Shown here: positions 43,975 to 58,307 of the stretch, piece by piece
Layout: each line of letters begins with the position of its first letter
How positions within the stretch are numbered: the stretch's first letter is position 1
From: Eledone cirrhosa
Taxonomy: Eukaryota
Direction: 5' to 3'
Assembly: GCA_964016885.1 (NCBI GenBank)
Contig: OZ024744.1
Coordinates: 96,658,001 to 96,722,000, forward strand
Length of the DNA: 64,000 bases
Program-made: the position numbers and the translations under genes
Notes under the pieces: generated by a model
The model's database searches: none
What the model was told of the DNA's origin: nothing
What the model saw: only the letters and a program-made list of their open reading frames with translations

Positions 43975-45959
43975 TTACTTACTTCCCAGGGTCTTGAGAA
44001 GTTCGGGTGGTTCGATCTCCATGGTAGGTGGGGTTTCTTTTGGGAACCCCTTTAAATGTCTCGATGTGGGTTTCACATTCGGGGTTCTCACGTCTTTAGG
44101 AAAGCTCTCGCGAATTTCTTTGAAGGAATTGAATGACATTCGGACCAGAAGCCAAACTTCTGGCACGCAAAATGTGCTCCTTTCAAAAATCTCCCCCTCT
44201 GTTTGAATGTCCTCGCTTCGTGCTAAGAGGGCCATCAATTTATTGTTGGCCCTTCTGACAAGCACGAAGTTTTTAAAATTTTGTTGGTGTGGTTTTATTT
44301 GTTTTCGTTTTGGTGACTGTGGTGGTGATGGTTTTGGTGGTGTTGTTTCGGGAATGTCTGTGTTTGTTGTAGGTGTGGTGTCTGCAATTTCAGGTATTTC
44401 TGTGTTTATTTGTACTTGTGTTTGTTTAGGTTGTTTGCGTTTCGGGGATTGTGGAGGTGGTGTCGATGTTGTTGATGGTGCTGATGTTATTGGGGAAGTG
44501 TTTGCGTTAGTGGTGTCTGTATTTTTTGTTGTATATGTTTTTGTGTTTTGTTGGGGCTTTTTGTGAGTTTTCTCTGTTTTTTTGCACTTTTGGGTTTTCC
44601 TTCATCTTCGCTGCTGGAAGACAAAGGGTCTGTGGCTGTGAGTGTCTCTGTGTCTGTGTGTGCGTTTATTGTTTTGTCTATGTGAATAATTGGGTGGGGA
44701 CGGGAAGTGGGAGAGCTTTCCTCGTTTTCCCCTGGATTGGTTTTGGTGTTGGTGGTGATCCGGCTGTTTTTGATGTTGGTGTCCGTGTCTTTGTTGGTGT
44801 TGTTTTTGGTGGTGGTGGTGGTGGTGCAGCTTTCCGTGCTGACACTGGCGTTGGCAGCAAAGGAGGTTTGCGACCCCCTGTATTTTTGCGCTGAGGGCAG
44901 AAGGCTTGCAGATGCGTTGCTTCCCCGCAGACGAAGCAGCGTGGCTTTCTTCCGTCAATGATTAGTTGGATTGTTGTCCCGTCCTGCAGGCGTGTAAAAT
45001 CCGGGATGTTGTTCATGTCCTCCGGTTTCATTTGGAGAAGAATCTCCAAATCCATTCCGGACCAGTCCTCTCTCTGTCCTTTTGATATCCATGAGGGTAG
45101 TGTCTATGCCCTCCTCGATTACGCATCCCAGCAGCCACCATATGTTCATTCCTGGTGGGATGCTGGGAATGCGGACCTTTACTGTCCTTTTACCCATGTA
45201 GGACGGATGCATGATAATGCGTTCCGTTCTGCAGAGGGTCACCGAGTGTTTAATAGCGAGGGCCTCGGTTTTGAACAGTACCGAGATGGTACCGAACTGT
45301 TTGCCTCTTGCTTTATACTCTATGTTACTTCCGATGCACTCCAAAGCAGCCTCGACCTCTGCTTGGCTGGCAAGTTCCACTTTTCGTGTCTGCACCGAAA
45401 TGCATCGAAAGTACACCGTCCTCCTTTGCATGGCCGCTATTGCCTCGTCCGGGATGGTCAGGTTTACCCAGGACTTCTCCCGTTTAATTAGCCTCCACGC
45501 CTGGGCCAACTGTTCGTCTTTATCGCTAATATCAATATCAATATTCAATAAGTGCTTTGTTTTTGCTGCTGCTGCTGCAGCAAATGTGGTGCTTCTGATG
45601 CTCTTTTTGGTGTTGTCATTCTTGCTGTTGTTATTGGTGTTGTTGTTGTTGTTTTGTTTGTTAATGCTGTTGCCACCGCCATCCGTGTTTACATTGAAGC
45701 TGTCGGTGTTATTGTCGTTATTGCTCTGAGTTGTTGTTGTTGTGGTGGTGGTGGCGGTGGTGGTGGTGATGTCGTTTTCTGATGATACTACTGCTATCAC
45801 AGAAGGTTGTGATGGTAGCTTTTGAGTTTTGCCTTTACATTCAGTAGAGTGTACGACAGGCATGACTGTAGCCGTCGTAGTCGTGGTGAAATCTGCAGTG
45901 GCTGCCTTTAAACTTTTGACCTGAACGTTGTTTACCGTTTCAAGTTCGAAAATTTCCAT
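43975..45959 (-). pseudogene. Tx1 ORF1 (gag-like, zinc knuckle), frameshifted
   Basis: CFVCGEATHLQAFC; Thr/Asn-rich N-terminus, Pro-rich C-terminus. Confidence 0.82.
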
Positions 45960-46234
45960 ATTTTATTTTGGTGGGGAAGCGATTTCTTTTCGAAGTTTTT
46001 TAAAAATAAATCTGAATATTCGGGCTTAAAGCCCGAATATTGAGAGGTATCCCTCTCTTTAAATCAAGATGTGTACCTTAAATTTCGTTAACGACAAGAA
46101 AATACTAAAAATGATACTTTAAAACAGCTTAAAGTTACGAACCTTTTCCCCCGCAGATTTGTACTGTCTACACACATGTGCCTCCATAATAACAATACAA
46201 AAATAAAAAATAATAATAATAATACTGAAGGACT

Positions 46235-46685
46235 TTAAAAAGAGGGTATGCCTCCTAATTGATATGTCCGTTCCAATAGACAAGAATGTATCTATAATGA
46301 CATTTGAAAAATTGAACAAGTATAAGGACCTGGAGATAGAAATTGGAAAAATGTGGAAATTGAGAACTAAAACGATACCAGTGGTTGTAGGCGCTCTAGG
46401 AATGATACCTAAGGGGTCTAATAATTACTTATCGCAAATCCCAGGAAACACGCGTATAGGAGAAATACAAAAGATAGTACTAATGGGAACTGCCCATATA
46501 CTAAGGAAGTTTCTGTCAATATAAGTACATCACAAGTCTAAACACCTAAAGATGCATGTGTGTTATGTATGTTATTTCTTGAACATGGCGGACCTTGTTG
46601 TCTCTTGAGGTCACTGGTTGTGACTTGGTGATAACTCGTATGAAGATAAAGCAAGATAAATGCAACTATAATAATAATAATAATA
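46235..46685 (+). mobile_element. 3' fragment of another R4/Dong-like RLE LINE with (TAA)n tail
   Basis: LLIDMSVP...EKLNKYKDL...IPVVVGALG...GTAHILRKFL, then UTR and (ATA)n. Confidence 0.8.
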
Positions 46686-47026
46686 CTTGTGTTTGTTTTT
46701 GTTGTTGTTTTTTTAGGTTTTTATCTATTTGTTTGTTTGTTTATTTATGTTCGTCTACAGCGTGACGGTGCCCCGCTAAACTCACCGGGAGTGATGAAAT
46801 CACCGGTAGTTATGTAACCATGCATTCACCAATCCTCGATATGAGTGTTTAAATGTCGAACCTAAACAGTTCGAATAACGGTGAAGTGGAGACTGGAATG
46901 TCATGTGACAGACTCTCACCCAGCAGGTGCTCCCTGGCCCAGCAGCAGGGACCTGGCTGTCATCCAAATACTGCTGGTGTTGGAGGAACGAGATTGGTCT
47001 ATTTAAATTAGAAATAGACCAATCTC

Positions 47027-47299
47027 GCGTAGAGGGTGCTGGCAGCAGATGGACCGCCTCACCAACGGAGCTTGTCCCCTCTACAAGAATTTGAAGAGGA
47101 GCCTTTCCAACTTGACGAGGCGCGGACGGGGGCAAGGCACGACGGTTAGGCGGTAGTAGATGACGGACGCGATGTACGCATTCATAATTGTTTCTACGTT
47201 AGGCACAAGGCTAGCAAACACCCAGTGTATTACTGGTACTTTATTTTATCGACCCCGTAAGGATGAAAGGCAAAGTTAACCTCGGCGGGATTTGAACTC

Positions 47300-47333
<34 letters not shown>

Positions 47334-47530
47334 TTAATGTTTTCTTTATTAACCACAAGGGTTTACATAAAGTAGACATTAATGACAGTACAGGACAATA
47401 CAGGACGGTACAAATGGGCATTTCTGCGTGTAAAAAAAAACAGAGGATGTAATAAAATAACAAAGAAAAATTCCCCAATAGGGGGGAGACTTCCTAGGGA
47501 CATTTGTGGAGAAAGCCCATTAAAAGACCA
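47027..47530 (-). mobile_element. Tx1 ORF2 fragment, truncated SINE A and Tx1-like 3' UTR
   Basis: 47027-47182 is homologous to 41447-41602; SINE body at 47184-47300; 47336-47490 resembles the Tx1 3' UTR. Confidence 0.7.
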
Positions 47531-48189
47531 CAATAATAATAATAATAATAAAGGAATTAAAGTATAGAAAAGGTGCTCCACGTAGCAAAGTTAGTAAGAT
47601 AATTTAGATGACAGTAGATCAAACGTCTAGTAAAATTAACAACAATCTGATGATTAAATAAAACAGACGAATTTGATGATTAAATAAATGAACAAAAATA
47701 TAATGATTAAATAAAACAAAACATATGATGATTAAATGAAATAAACAACGAACAAACTCGATTGCAAACACTTGAAACTTAAAAAACACAACCTGCATTA
47801 AATAATAGATTAACAATTTATATATAGCTATAGATAAAGCCTGTTGTTCACTAAAAGCCACACACTGGAAAACAACCTGTAAATATTCTACAGGGTAATA
47901 TGAGGTAAGTAAAGTAAGTAAAAGGCCCTTAACTTTGGATGAAGTCGTAAGGGTGTTGTCTTGACATATTGTCATGGTTTGGGCATTTTAAACCTAACGA
48001 AGTCCATCGCTTTCAAGGCTGGAATCGTTGCTGGTGTTGTGTCTAAATTGGAGACCCTTAATGATATCTAAGGGCGGTGGATTGGCAGTAATCGGTAGAG
48101 CGTCAGACGCCATGATTTGCAACATAAAGTTATGGCCCGTTACGTTTTGAGTTTAATACACGCCAATAGGGTAAATGAGCTTTTACGAA

Positions 48190-48715
48190 AGAAGCTAATC
48201 ATCAGATCAGTCCTAGCAAACAATGTTTCCATTGATCTTTCCATTGCTGATATTATCTGTTAGCTGCAACTCCTGGCAGAATAAAGGAGAAACGGAGCTG
48301 CTCATCAGATCAGACCAAGGAAACGATGTTTCCATTGATCTTTCCATTACAGATAAAATCTGTTGGTCACAACTCCTGGTAAAAGAAAGGAGCTGATCAT
48401 CAGATCTGACCAACGAAACAATGTTTCCATTGACCTTTCCATTTCTAATACTATCTGTTGGTTGCAATTCCTGGCAGAAGAAAGGAGTTGATCGTCAGAT
48501 CTGACCAACGAAACAACGTTTCCATTGACCTTTCCATTTCTAATACTATCTGTTGGTTGCAATTCCTGGCAGAAGAAAGGAGTTGATCGTCAGATCTGAC
48601 CAACGAAACAACGTTTCCATTGACCTTTCCATTTCTAATACTATCTGTTGGTTGCAATTCCTGGCAGAAGAAAGGAGTTGATCGTCAGATCTGACCAACG
48701 AAACAATGTTTCCTT
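48190..48715. repeat. 95-bp minisatellite, about 5 units
   Basis: CAGATCTGACCAACGAAACAA recurs; ORF starts are spaced 95 bp apart. Confidence 0.9.
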
Positions 48716-49029
48716 TGCTGATCCTCTCTCTGTCAGTCATTACTCCTAGTAGAAGGTGTAACGTGAAATATAGTATTTTACTCCGCCTATGACCTTATGA
48801 TCGTTGGTCCAACACCTTAACCGCTAAGTCACGACGTACCTAACGTAAAAAGAAAGACAAGAAAAACAAAAACAAAAAAAAAAACCATCGCAACTCCTGT
48901 GTAGCAGAAGAGGAAACAAACCACTATCTCCTTATCAACAAGACGTTTATGATGCGAAAGTATTCAAAAAGAATCTATCATCCGAATTCAGTCTTACATA
49001 ACAGTACGTACACCAACTTGATTGCATAA

Positions 49030-50006
49030 AATTGTTTCTATTTTAGGCACAAGGCCAGCAATTTTGGGGGAGGGGAAAGTCGATTAAATCGACCTCAGTG
49101 CGTGACTGGTAATTTATTTTATCGACCCAGTAAGGAGGAAAGCAAAGTTAACCTCGGCGGGATTTGAACTCAGATCATAAAGAGCCGTAACTCTATGCTG
49201 CAAAGCATGGCGTCCGACCCTCTACTGATACTGTCAATCCACCAGCCTTTGATTGCATAATATAAAACTTTTATTGAAACAAAAATGAAGAAATGACAGT
49301 TGTTTACAGATTCAAGTAAAATTGTTTAATGGAACTAAGATATTCCATACGTAGAATAGACTTGGTAACCATTTAATCTTATGCGTGTTATCTTTTGATC
49401 GGCTCATACAAAAAAAGAAACGAAGCCATGTTGAAAAGGAGAATGGGGGCTACTTTTATTCATCGTCTTCTCTTTATGGATGAACTTAAATTATACCTCG
49501 TATACCACGATGTGTCCTTGATTGAGAGTCCCATCAATCAGTGTCGTTAACTTATATAATCTCATTTTATACCATTGCATTATATACCATCACAATTTTA
49601 ATTTGCACAACTGAAAATTACACATGTTAACGATACGCTTTAATTTGTGTAACGACAGGAATATATAGTCAACTGAATGTATAATGGAACTTTCATGAGA
49701 AGAGAACAATAATCCAACAATATCACCAAATCCCAAATCAAATTTAATCAAATCCATGTAGATAGTAATGGCTTACGGATCATATTTTAATGTCTTCATT
49801 ATATTAATCAACGGGCGGTGGATTGGCAGTATAGGTAGAGGGTCGGCCGCCATGCTTTACAGCATAGAGTTACGGCCCATTACGGTCTGAGTTCAAATCC
49901 CGTCAAGGTTAACTTTGCCCTTCATCCTTACGGGGTCGATAAAAATAAAGTACCAGTAATGCACTGGGATAATTGCTGGCCTTGTGCCAAAAGTAGAAAC
50001 AATTAT
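49030..50006. mobile_element. two SINE A copies with TSDs (49030-49247 minus; 49813-50006 plus)
   Basis: TSDs TTGATTGCATAA and ATATTAATCAAC. Confidence 0.85.
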
Positions 50007-50038
50007 ATTAATCAACAAATTGTACCATTTATATAGCA

Positions 50039-50671
50039 CTAGCAAAAGTGCCCGTCGTTGCTGGTCGCACCATCTATCTAAAAGTCTGCAATTGCTTACT
50101 TGTCTGTAATGTAATACACCCAAAAGGGCACATAATGGGAAAATACTTTGAAAGGAAGTTGGCCCTGAAGTGGGAATACAAATGGAATAAAACAAGTTTC
50201 GCGTAAGTCAGACCACGGGTTCCCGAGGTATGGGTTTTTTTTTGGGTACCTTTATAAACAGAGAGAGGGAAAGATAGAGAGAAAGAGATAGTGGTTGTGA
50301 GAGAGTAGATTGAAAGAGAGACATAGAGAGAGGGAAAGCAGACAGAGAAGGAGAATGGAAGAGAGAGCTGGTGGTGTTGTCATGTATATATGTGAGTGTG
50401 TGTGTATATATATATATATGTGTGTGTGAGTGTCTATGACCAACGCATATAGATCACAGACACCCACATATATATATACGCACACACACATACGTATATA
50501 TATATATATATATATATATATACGTATGTGTGTGTGCGTATATATATATGTGGGTGTCTGTGATCTATATGCGTTGGTCATAGACACTCACACACATATA
50601 CACACACACATATATATATATATATACACACACATACACATTTACATATATATACATACACACACGTATAT

Positions 50672-50743
<72 letters not shown>

Positions 50744-50886
50744 ATATATATTTAGGCCTTCCAGTTTCATTTCACATTATATACATATCTGTATATTTTA
50801 ATTATTTAAAAATTATTTTAAGTGAACATGATTTTTAAAAAAATATTTTGAAGTGAACGTGACCCCAACGGGTCACGGGTGTCTAG
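50039..50886. mobile_element. Helitron-like segment with CTAG ends and central palindrome
   Basis: Right end CGTGACCC caac GGGTCACG ggtgt CTAG; left end ACTAGCAAAAGTGCCCG; palindrome ~50410-50600. Confidence 0.55.
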
Positions 50887-51252
50887 TAATAAGATAAAAT
50901 GACTAACTAATTTAAGGTACTATGGCTGTAGTTACTACACCCGTCTCTCTCGTTCTCTCTCGTCCTCCACCTTTGACGCTCCCAATAAAGACCTACCTCA
51001 CCCTATCTGTATTTTTCTATTAAAACTGCTACTACGTTTGTCTTCCTCCACCTACACCACTATAAATAAAGATCCCCTCTCTCTTCAGCATGGCCATCTT
51101 TAAATAGCCCCAGAACTCTGCTATTTTAAGGGCAGAGCAAGATTTAAACTATATGTTGACATGCTCCAGGAGCTAAATAACCTATGTATCAAATTTGAAC
51201 AGAATCGGATGGAAACTGTGGAAATGCATCGCCTGCAGACAAACATACTTTT

Positions 51253-51308
<56 letters not shown>

Positions 51309-52151
51309 ATGGCAGACATAATCTGCCGTTCAGTTTAACTTCACCCCTTGACCTATATGAGCATTCGGCGGTGTCTACTCTGTTGTAAGCATTGTGTCTG
51401 AGGATAAATTCATTCCATCAATCTGAGAAGCGCGGAATAAGTTCAGAGATGTCGTCTTTCCACTTCCGCTTCTGAATTATGCTTTTAAAAAGAAAGAAAA
51501 ATAACAAACGAACTAAACGAACTTGAAATAAAAATAAAGCTATGCAACAACGCACTAAACTCGAGGGCCCGGGGAATTTCAGGTTTTTTTTGTTTTGTCT
51601 CATACACAAAAAAATTAGAATACACAGCAAAGACCCACCCCCAATTTTAAATTTCAAAGTTAGCTTGGCACAAGTAATTGGAATTGAAAAGTAATACATA
51701 CAGGTATTAAATTCAAAAATTCTAACCATCCTAAAACTAAAAAGCCCAGCTGAGGGCACAAATAAATTTCTACGGCCGTCGCTGGTGTCTCCATATCCAC
51801 CTCAGGTAGCCCGGGGCAATTGCCCCCCCCTCCCATTAAATCCGGCCCTGATTACATGGAGAATTGTGTCAAGAATATTTGCTAGCCTAGGTTGTATTAT
51901 GAATGCCTTGCTATAAGCTAAATGTGGTTACCCAACGGATTGTATGTAGCACACCTCCGAATGCTAGCAACAACAAATTAAGGAAAACAAACTACAAGGA
52001 GTGATGGAACAAAGAACTATATTTTGAAATGATGTCGAACGCATAATACACAAATATGACCAAACAATGAATGAGATAAGATATACGACTTATGGAAAAG
52101 AAAGAACAATGATGTAAGATAAGAATTAAAGCGATAGTGTGAAGATTTATA

Positions 52152-52342
52152 ATAAATAATTGTTTCTACTTTTGGCACAAGGCCAGCAATTATCCCAGTG
52201 TATTACTGGTACTTTATTTTATCGACCCCGTAAGGATGAAAGGCAAAGTTAACCTCGGCAGGATTTGAACTCAGACTATAAAGGGCCGTAACTCTTTGCT
52301 GCAAAGCATAGTGTCCGACCCTCTACCGATACTGCCAATCCA
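52152..52342 (-). mobile_element. SINE family A
   Basis: Homology to other copies. Confidence 0.88.
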
Positions 52343-52550
52343 ATAATAAACAATTATCAGAAACACCGAAATAAAGGAAAACTATCGATTACTGACAGCG
52401 AATATAAGGTGCCATGAATCAATAGAATCGACACGTATAGTTCATCATCCATACAATAAATATAATGTATATAAAAGGTAAACAGAAATAACAACACAAT
52501 CGGTATGGAAGGAATATATTAGGTTAACGCTTGAAATAGCAGGAAGAGGG

Positions 52551-52586
52551 TCTTAACGTTTCGGACGCTAGTACTTCATCAGAAGA
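52551..52586 (-). ncRNA. minimal hammerhead, second copy of the 36111 family (repeat 52472-52640)
   Basis: TCTT-CTGATGA-AGTAC tagc GTCC-GAAACGTT-AAGA; one stem II mismatch; partial inverted end at ~52685-52745. Confidence 0.65.
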
Positions 52587-55051
52587 AAGAATGAGAAATA
52601 AGATAGATTGAAGGGACGGGCGGGTTGGAATTGGAAAAATATTTTTCGATAAAAATAACAGGTCCACACATCTTGACATCTCTTATATATCCCTTCCATA
52701 TACTATACCGATTGCATAGTTATTTCTGTTTACTTTTTACATACATATATATATATATATATCAACGCTTACGTGGACCTCTCAAAATTCGTTGGATTTT
52801 ATAATTGGATTTTCACCCCGAAACTGGATACCAAGCCGGAGTACACCAAACCTTCCACCAGGAAATCTTTCGTATCATTGAAATTTTCTTTGCTTCTTGC
52901 AATAAATATAATCCTCCACAACAGAAACAACAACACATATAATAAATGATCCCTTCAACACTTTTAGAAATATCACAACAGATTTTATTAAGTATGTAAA
53001 GAAACGAGTGGAATAAGACAAGAACAAGACACTCACACCCGTCCCCACCCCTAATCCCGCAAAAAAAAAACAAAAAAAAAAAACAACAACAATCTAGGAC
53101 GAAAACCAATTGTGTGAGTCACACAATTTTCATAGATGAGCCATGGGAGACAAATTCGGATTACACGCACTCTTCCATCTTCACAGAGCAGGTTGGTTCC
53201 CACGACACGCCGCATTGAACGACGTTAACAGAATGAGACTTGACGCAGCTGTTTACCTGCCATAACTTGAGCTTGCCGGCCTCGCCCGTGGTGATGGTAA
53301 GCGCTCAGACGGGAGGTTCGCGAGAGGTAAATCTCCAATTTGAACGTTACGTGCTACGATACGTTCTTCGCCTCCAGCCTTGCGTTTCGGCTACAAAACC
53401 GGGCACCAGCATCCGTGACGCTGACGAGAAAAAGTTAGCTTAATACGACTTCCTTTTCGTGCAGGTCATCGTCGGGTCCTCTGGTATCTTCGGTCTCCGA
53501 ATTGCTATTTTCCTCTGTGAAATCAGGAGGATTGCATTTCTCCCTGAGGTAGGAGCCCCGTGTGGTTGATAGAGTGGCTGATGCAGTGGATGTTACTGGT
53601 TGTTCTCCACGGCAATACCTTCGTCATTTTGTTCACGGGGCACAGCTAAAAATACGCCGTCTTGACTAAAATTTAGAGACTGCTACCCCATCTCATCTTT
53701 TCCATTTCTTTCAGCATTAAATGTTCTCTCATTCTTTCTCGTCTTTTTTCCTCTCTTTAATATGCAAAAGTTGATGAATGTTAAATTTCATTTATTTTTA
53801 ATAATTTCTTTTCTTCTTCTCTTGGCAGTATAAAAGGAAATCAGATTAGATTATTATAGCGTAATTCTATCTTCACAGAAGCTTAACAATAACAAATAAC
53901 AGTGGGAAGGAAATACCCTGTATATAATCTCGTCACCCTTCTCACTTAAATATCTTAAATATCTATCATTATGTAACGAGATAAAATAAAATGGGTTGAT
54001 CAAATATGAAAAAGAAAGAAGAAAGGAGTTTAAAGTTTAATATTAAAACAACAACAACTCAAACGTAAAACAGAAACAACATCCTAAAAGTACAACAACA
54101 ACAACAAGAACAACAACAACAACAACAACAAAATAATAATAATATTAACTTAAATAAATGATCGGAGCAATGTATGACCGGATAAAATGCTTCGAAAAGC
54201 ATGAATGTGTCTTTCATGAAAGCAAATTATCTGAAACAACTACTAAAACATTTAACAGAGACATCAATATCAATAAGTATTTAATAGACACAGAGTAGCA
54301 TAACCAGAAATCGAAACATATTGGGAGAAAATATAGTTTTAAAAAAATCCTACAAAAATAAAACAAAACAAAAAAACATACAAAAAAAGAACCACAATAA
54401 CAAAAAAAAACAACAAAAACATTCATCACAATCAAAGCAAAGAATGGATTAGAAAGTAAAGGAGGAAGAAAAAGATACAATAGTACTTTAGGCTTGGCTC
54501 TGCATAACTAGCTGGAATTTCATAAATGTACTAAAAACTACTAACAACTAGACACAGCTCCCGGACTTGAAAAGAATTTCTCATTTCTGGTTGGTTATAA
54601 GCTTTACCAATATATGAATCAACAAGAACAGCATTCCATCAATTACTAACACGAGAGAGACACAACAACAATTATTTGTTTCCCAACAATTTACAAAATA
54701 TTAACGCTTTGAGTACATTTCTTTCAGAAAATAATCATGGTTTCTGATTTATGCGCAAGGCCAACAATTTGGCGAGAGGGACAAGTCGATTAAATCAACC
54801 CCAGTGCATTACTGGTGGTTTATTTCATCAACCCTATAAGGATGAACGGCAAAGCAAACCTCGGCGGGATTTGAAAATAATAAAAAACAAAACAAAAGAA
54901 AAACAGGTTTCGCCACTCTAATCTTCTCTTTAGCATTGATTCCCTGATCATATTTGTCGAATTCAAACACGATTTCTAAGCTCAAATTATAAACCACTTT
55001 CTGTAAATGGCCAATTTAAAACTGTTTGCAATGAGACAAACAACTATGTAT

Positions 55052-55343
55052 GTCTCTTGGTTAAGAGAGTGGGACTGGCTTTGTGCAGTGCCTTTGCTCA
55101 CTATAAAAGCTTCACGGCATAGGCATTGCTTTATATCTGGAGATCTCTCTGCACTTATCGTCACATGGTACCATGGGCCCAGCACTATGTGTCAATAATT
55201 GTCACAAGTGTAGTGTTTGTACCAGAGTTTTCAAGTCGCTGGCTGGACTAAAAAGTCACACTCGTTCAGCGTATCGGTAGGGGTTCTCCTATATGGATAT
55301 AAAGTAGTGGCCGTACTCGCTCGAAAACGAGTTGGCAGCCACC
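55052..55343 (+). mobile_element. 5'-truncated RTE-derived element
   Basis: Homologous to 24135-24419. Confidence 0.8.
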
Positions 55344-55388
55344 ATATATATATATAAAACCACTATTTTGTATGGAACCTTACTTCCC

Positions 55389-55504
<116 letters not shown>

Positions 55505-55802
55505 AACCTAAAATATAAATAGATTCAGATACTGAAATCATACATTCAGACTAAAATTGCCCAAACAAATATTCAAAAGTAAATGGATCTGATGGAATAT
55601 ATCATACAGGAATTAGGAGAAATATTTTTTTGTAAATGACAAAGGAGTCTAATTAACATAAACATATAAACTTGGTACCAGACGTATAATTCTTTTTATA
55701 GTTTTATTGTTTTTTCTCATCGGTCAGGGAGAAAACACCATCTTGAAAGGTTTTAGTAGAGTATAACTAGATATTAATTACGAAGTAAAAAAAAAAAAAA
55801 GT

Positions 55803-56020
55803 GAAGGCACGTGGCTGAGTGGTAAGCTAATTAGATTCGCAATCGTGAGGTTGTGAGTTCGATTCCCGGACCGGGCGATGCGTTATGTCCTTGAACAAGA
55901 CACTTTATTTCACGTTGCTCCGTCTACCTGGAGTTGCGACCGATAGATAGTATTAGCAATTGGAAAGACCAGCGGAAACATTGTTTCCTCGGTCCGATTT
56001 GACGAAAGTCGATCGACTGT
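55803..56020 (+). mobile_element. CORE-type SINE family B
   Basis: A and B boxes, CCTTGAACAAGACACTT; flanked by GTAAA(A)n direct repeat. Confidence 0.85.
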
Positions 56021-56362
56021 TGTAAATAAAAAAAAAAAAAAAGGATTTCAAATAAGGACAAATTAACAGGAAATATTAATTAAAGACAAAATCAAAACAT
56101 TATACTAAAAATACGAAATGCAGAGAATGAACCTCTTCATGGTCAATAATATGTTGTAAGATTAGACAAAGAGAGAATAAATCAATAGAAAAACCAATAA
56201 TGGTTCAAAGACTCCGAGCCGCTAAAAGAAGTCTGCAATACGACGTATTCGATTTAATATACAAATAAATGCCTTCCAATTACTACTAAAAGACAATATT
56301 GTCCCTGGGCCTTCAATGTAAATGTATTTCTGGCAGTGTCGTAAAAGGTCGTATAAAAATTA

Positions 56363-57533
56363 TGTTTTCTGATTTAGGCATAACGCAAACAATTTCGGGG
56401 AAGGGGAAAGTTGATTATATCAACCTCAGTACATTACTGATAGTTTATTTTATCGACCCTGCAAAGATGAAAGGCAAAGTTAACCTCAGCGGGATTTAAA
56501 ATTAGAACGTAAAAGGACGTAACTCAAAACTGTAAAGCATATTGTTCGACGCTCTACCGATACTGCCAATTCACCGTCACGGGGATCGATTAAATTGACC
56601 CTAGTACATTACTGGTACTTTATTTTATCGACCTTGTAAAGATGAAAGGCAACGCTAACCTCGACAGGATTTGAACTCAGATCGTAAAGGGGCGTAACCC
56701 TATGCTGTAAAGCATGGTGCCCGACGCTCTAACTATACTACCCTAAGTCGCATAGAAATATTGAAAACAATAATAATAATTGTTTCTACTTTTGGCACAA
56801 GGCCAGCAATTATCCCAGTGTATTACTGGTACTTTATTTTATCGACCCCGTAAGGTTGAAAGGCAAAATTAACCTCGGCGGGATTTGAAGACCAGAAACG
56901 GCCGTATCTCTATGCTGCAAAGCATGGCGCCAGACCCTCTACCGAAACTGCCAATTCACCAAACAATATTAATAATTATTTCTACTTTAGGCTCAAGGCC
57001 AGCAATTATCTCAGTACATTACTGGTACTTTATTTTATCGACCCCCGTAAGGATGAAAGGCAAAGTTAACCTCGGCGGGATTTCAACTCAATCTGCAAAG
57101 GGACGTAACTGTGCTAGAAAGTATGGCGTTCGACTCTCTACCGATACTGCTAATCCACCGCCCTAAACAATATTAATAATTGTTTCTACTTTTGGCACAA
57201 GGCCAGCACACATCCCAGTGTATTACTGGTACTTTATTTTATCGACCTCGTAAGGATGAAAGGCAAAGTTAATAACGATTTATAATTTAGACACAAGACC
57301 AGCAACTTAGGATAAAGGATAATTTGATTAAATCAACCCCTGTACTTGACTGTTAGGGCGGTGAATTGGCAAATTGTTAAAACGTCGTATAGGATGTTTT
57401 GCTGTATGCATTTCAGCTCTCTGCTTTCCGAGTTCAAATCCCACCGAGGTCAACTTTGCCTTTCATACTTTCGTGGTCGATAAAGAAAGTAGTACTTTTT
57501 AATACTTTGGTCGATTCTATCTCTCTCTATCTC

Positions 57534-57599
<66 letters not shown>

Positions 57600-57726
57600 G
57601 GAAGAAATCTGGTGGCTTCAGACCTGAAGAGGGGATGGCCTCCACCAGGTCTAAAATAATGAAGAACCACTGTATGTCAATATGGCGCCCATACGATTCC
57701 ATCAAGAGTTACAGGTTCATATATAC

Positions 57727-57796
<70 letters not shown>

Positions 57797-58165
57797 TTGA
57801 CTGTTACTTTATTTTATCAACCCTGGAAGGATAAAAGGCAGAGGTAATCTTCGTAAGATTTGAACTCAGAACGTAAAGAGCCGGAAGAAATACTTCAAAT
57901 CTAATTGGTCGATCTAATAATTCTACCAATCATCCACTCTGTAAAACATTACCGATACTGATTTCTGATTTAGGCCCAAGGCCAGCAATTTTGGGGGAAG
58001 GAAAATTCGATTAAATAAACACCCAGTACATTACTGGTACTTTATTTTAACGACCCCCGTAAGGATGAAAGGCAAAGCTAATCTCGGCGAGATTTGAAAT
58101 CAGAACGCAAAGGGACGTAACTCTATGCCATAAAGTATGGTGTCCGGCGATCTACTGATTCTGAC
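56363..58165 (-). mobile_element. dense cluster of about 8 SINE A copies, mostly minus strand
   Basis: Repeated TACTGGTACTTTATTTTATCGACC...GAAAGGCAAAG bodies. Confidence 0.85.
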
Positions 58166-58307
58166 AAAGAAGCAGACGTATCTTGGAGGAAAATGTGGAA
58201 AGTCGCGGGATCCTTTGAACGGAAATTGAATCATGTGATTGGTTAAGAATAAACAATATAGTAAAAATGTAACAATAGTTAGGAATATTCAATTAAATAT
58301 CATCTGG

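Noticed and set aside
53380-53465. Hammerhead-like words (CTGGTGC...GCCGAAAC on minus; CTGACGA on plus)
   Set aside because: Core mismatches, missing UH or missing GAAA partner
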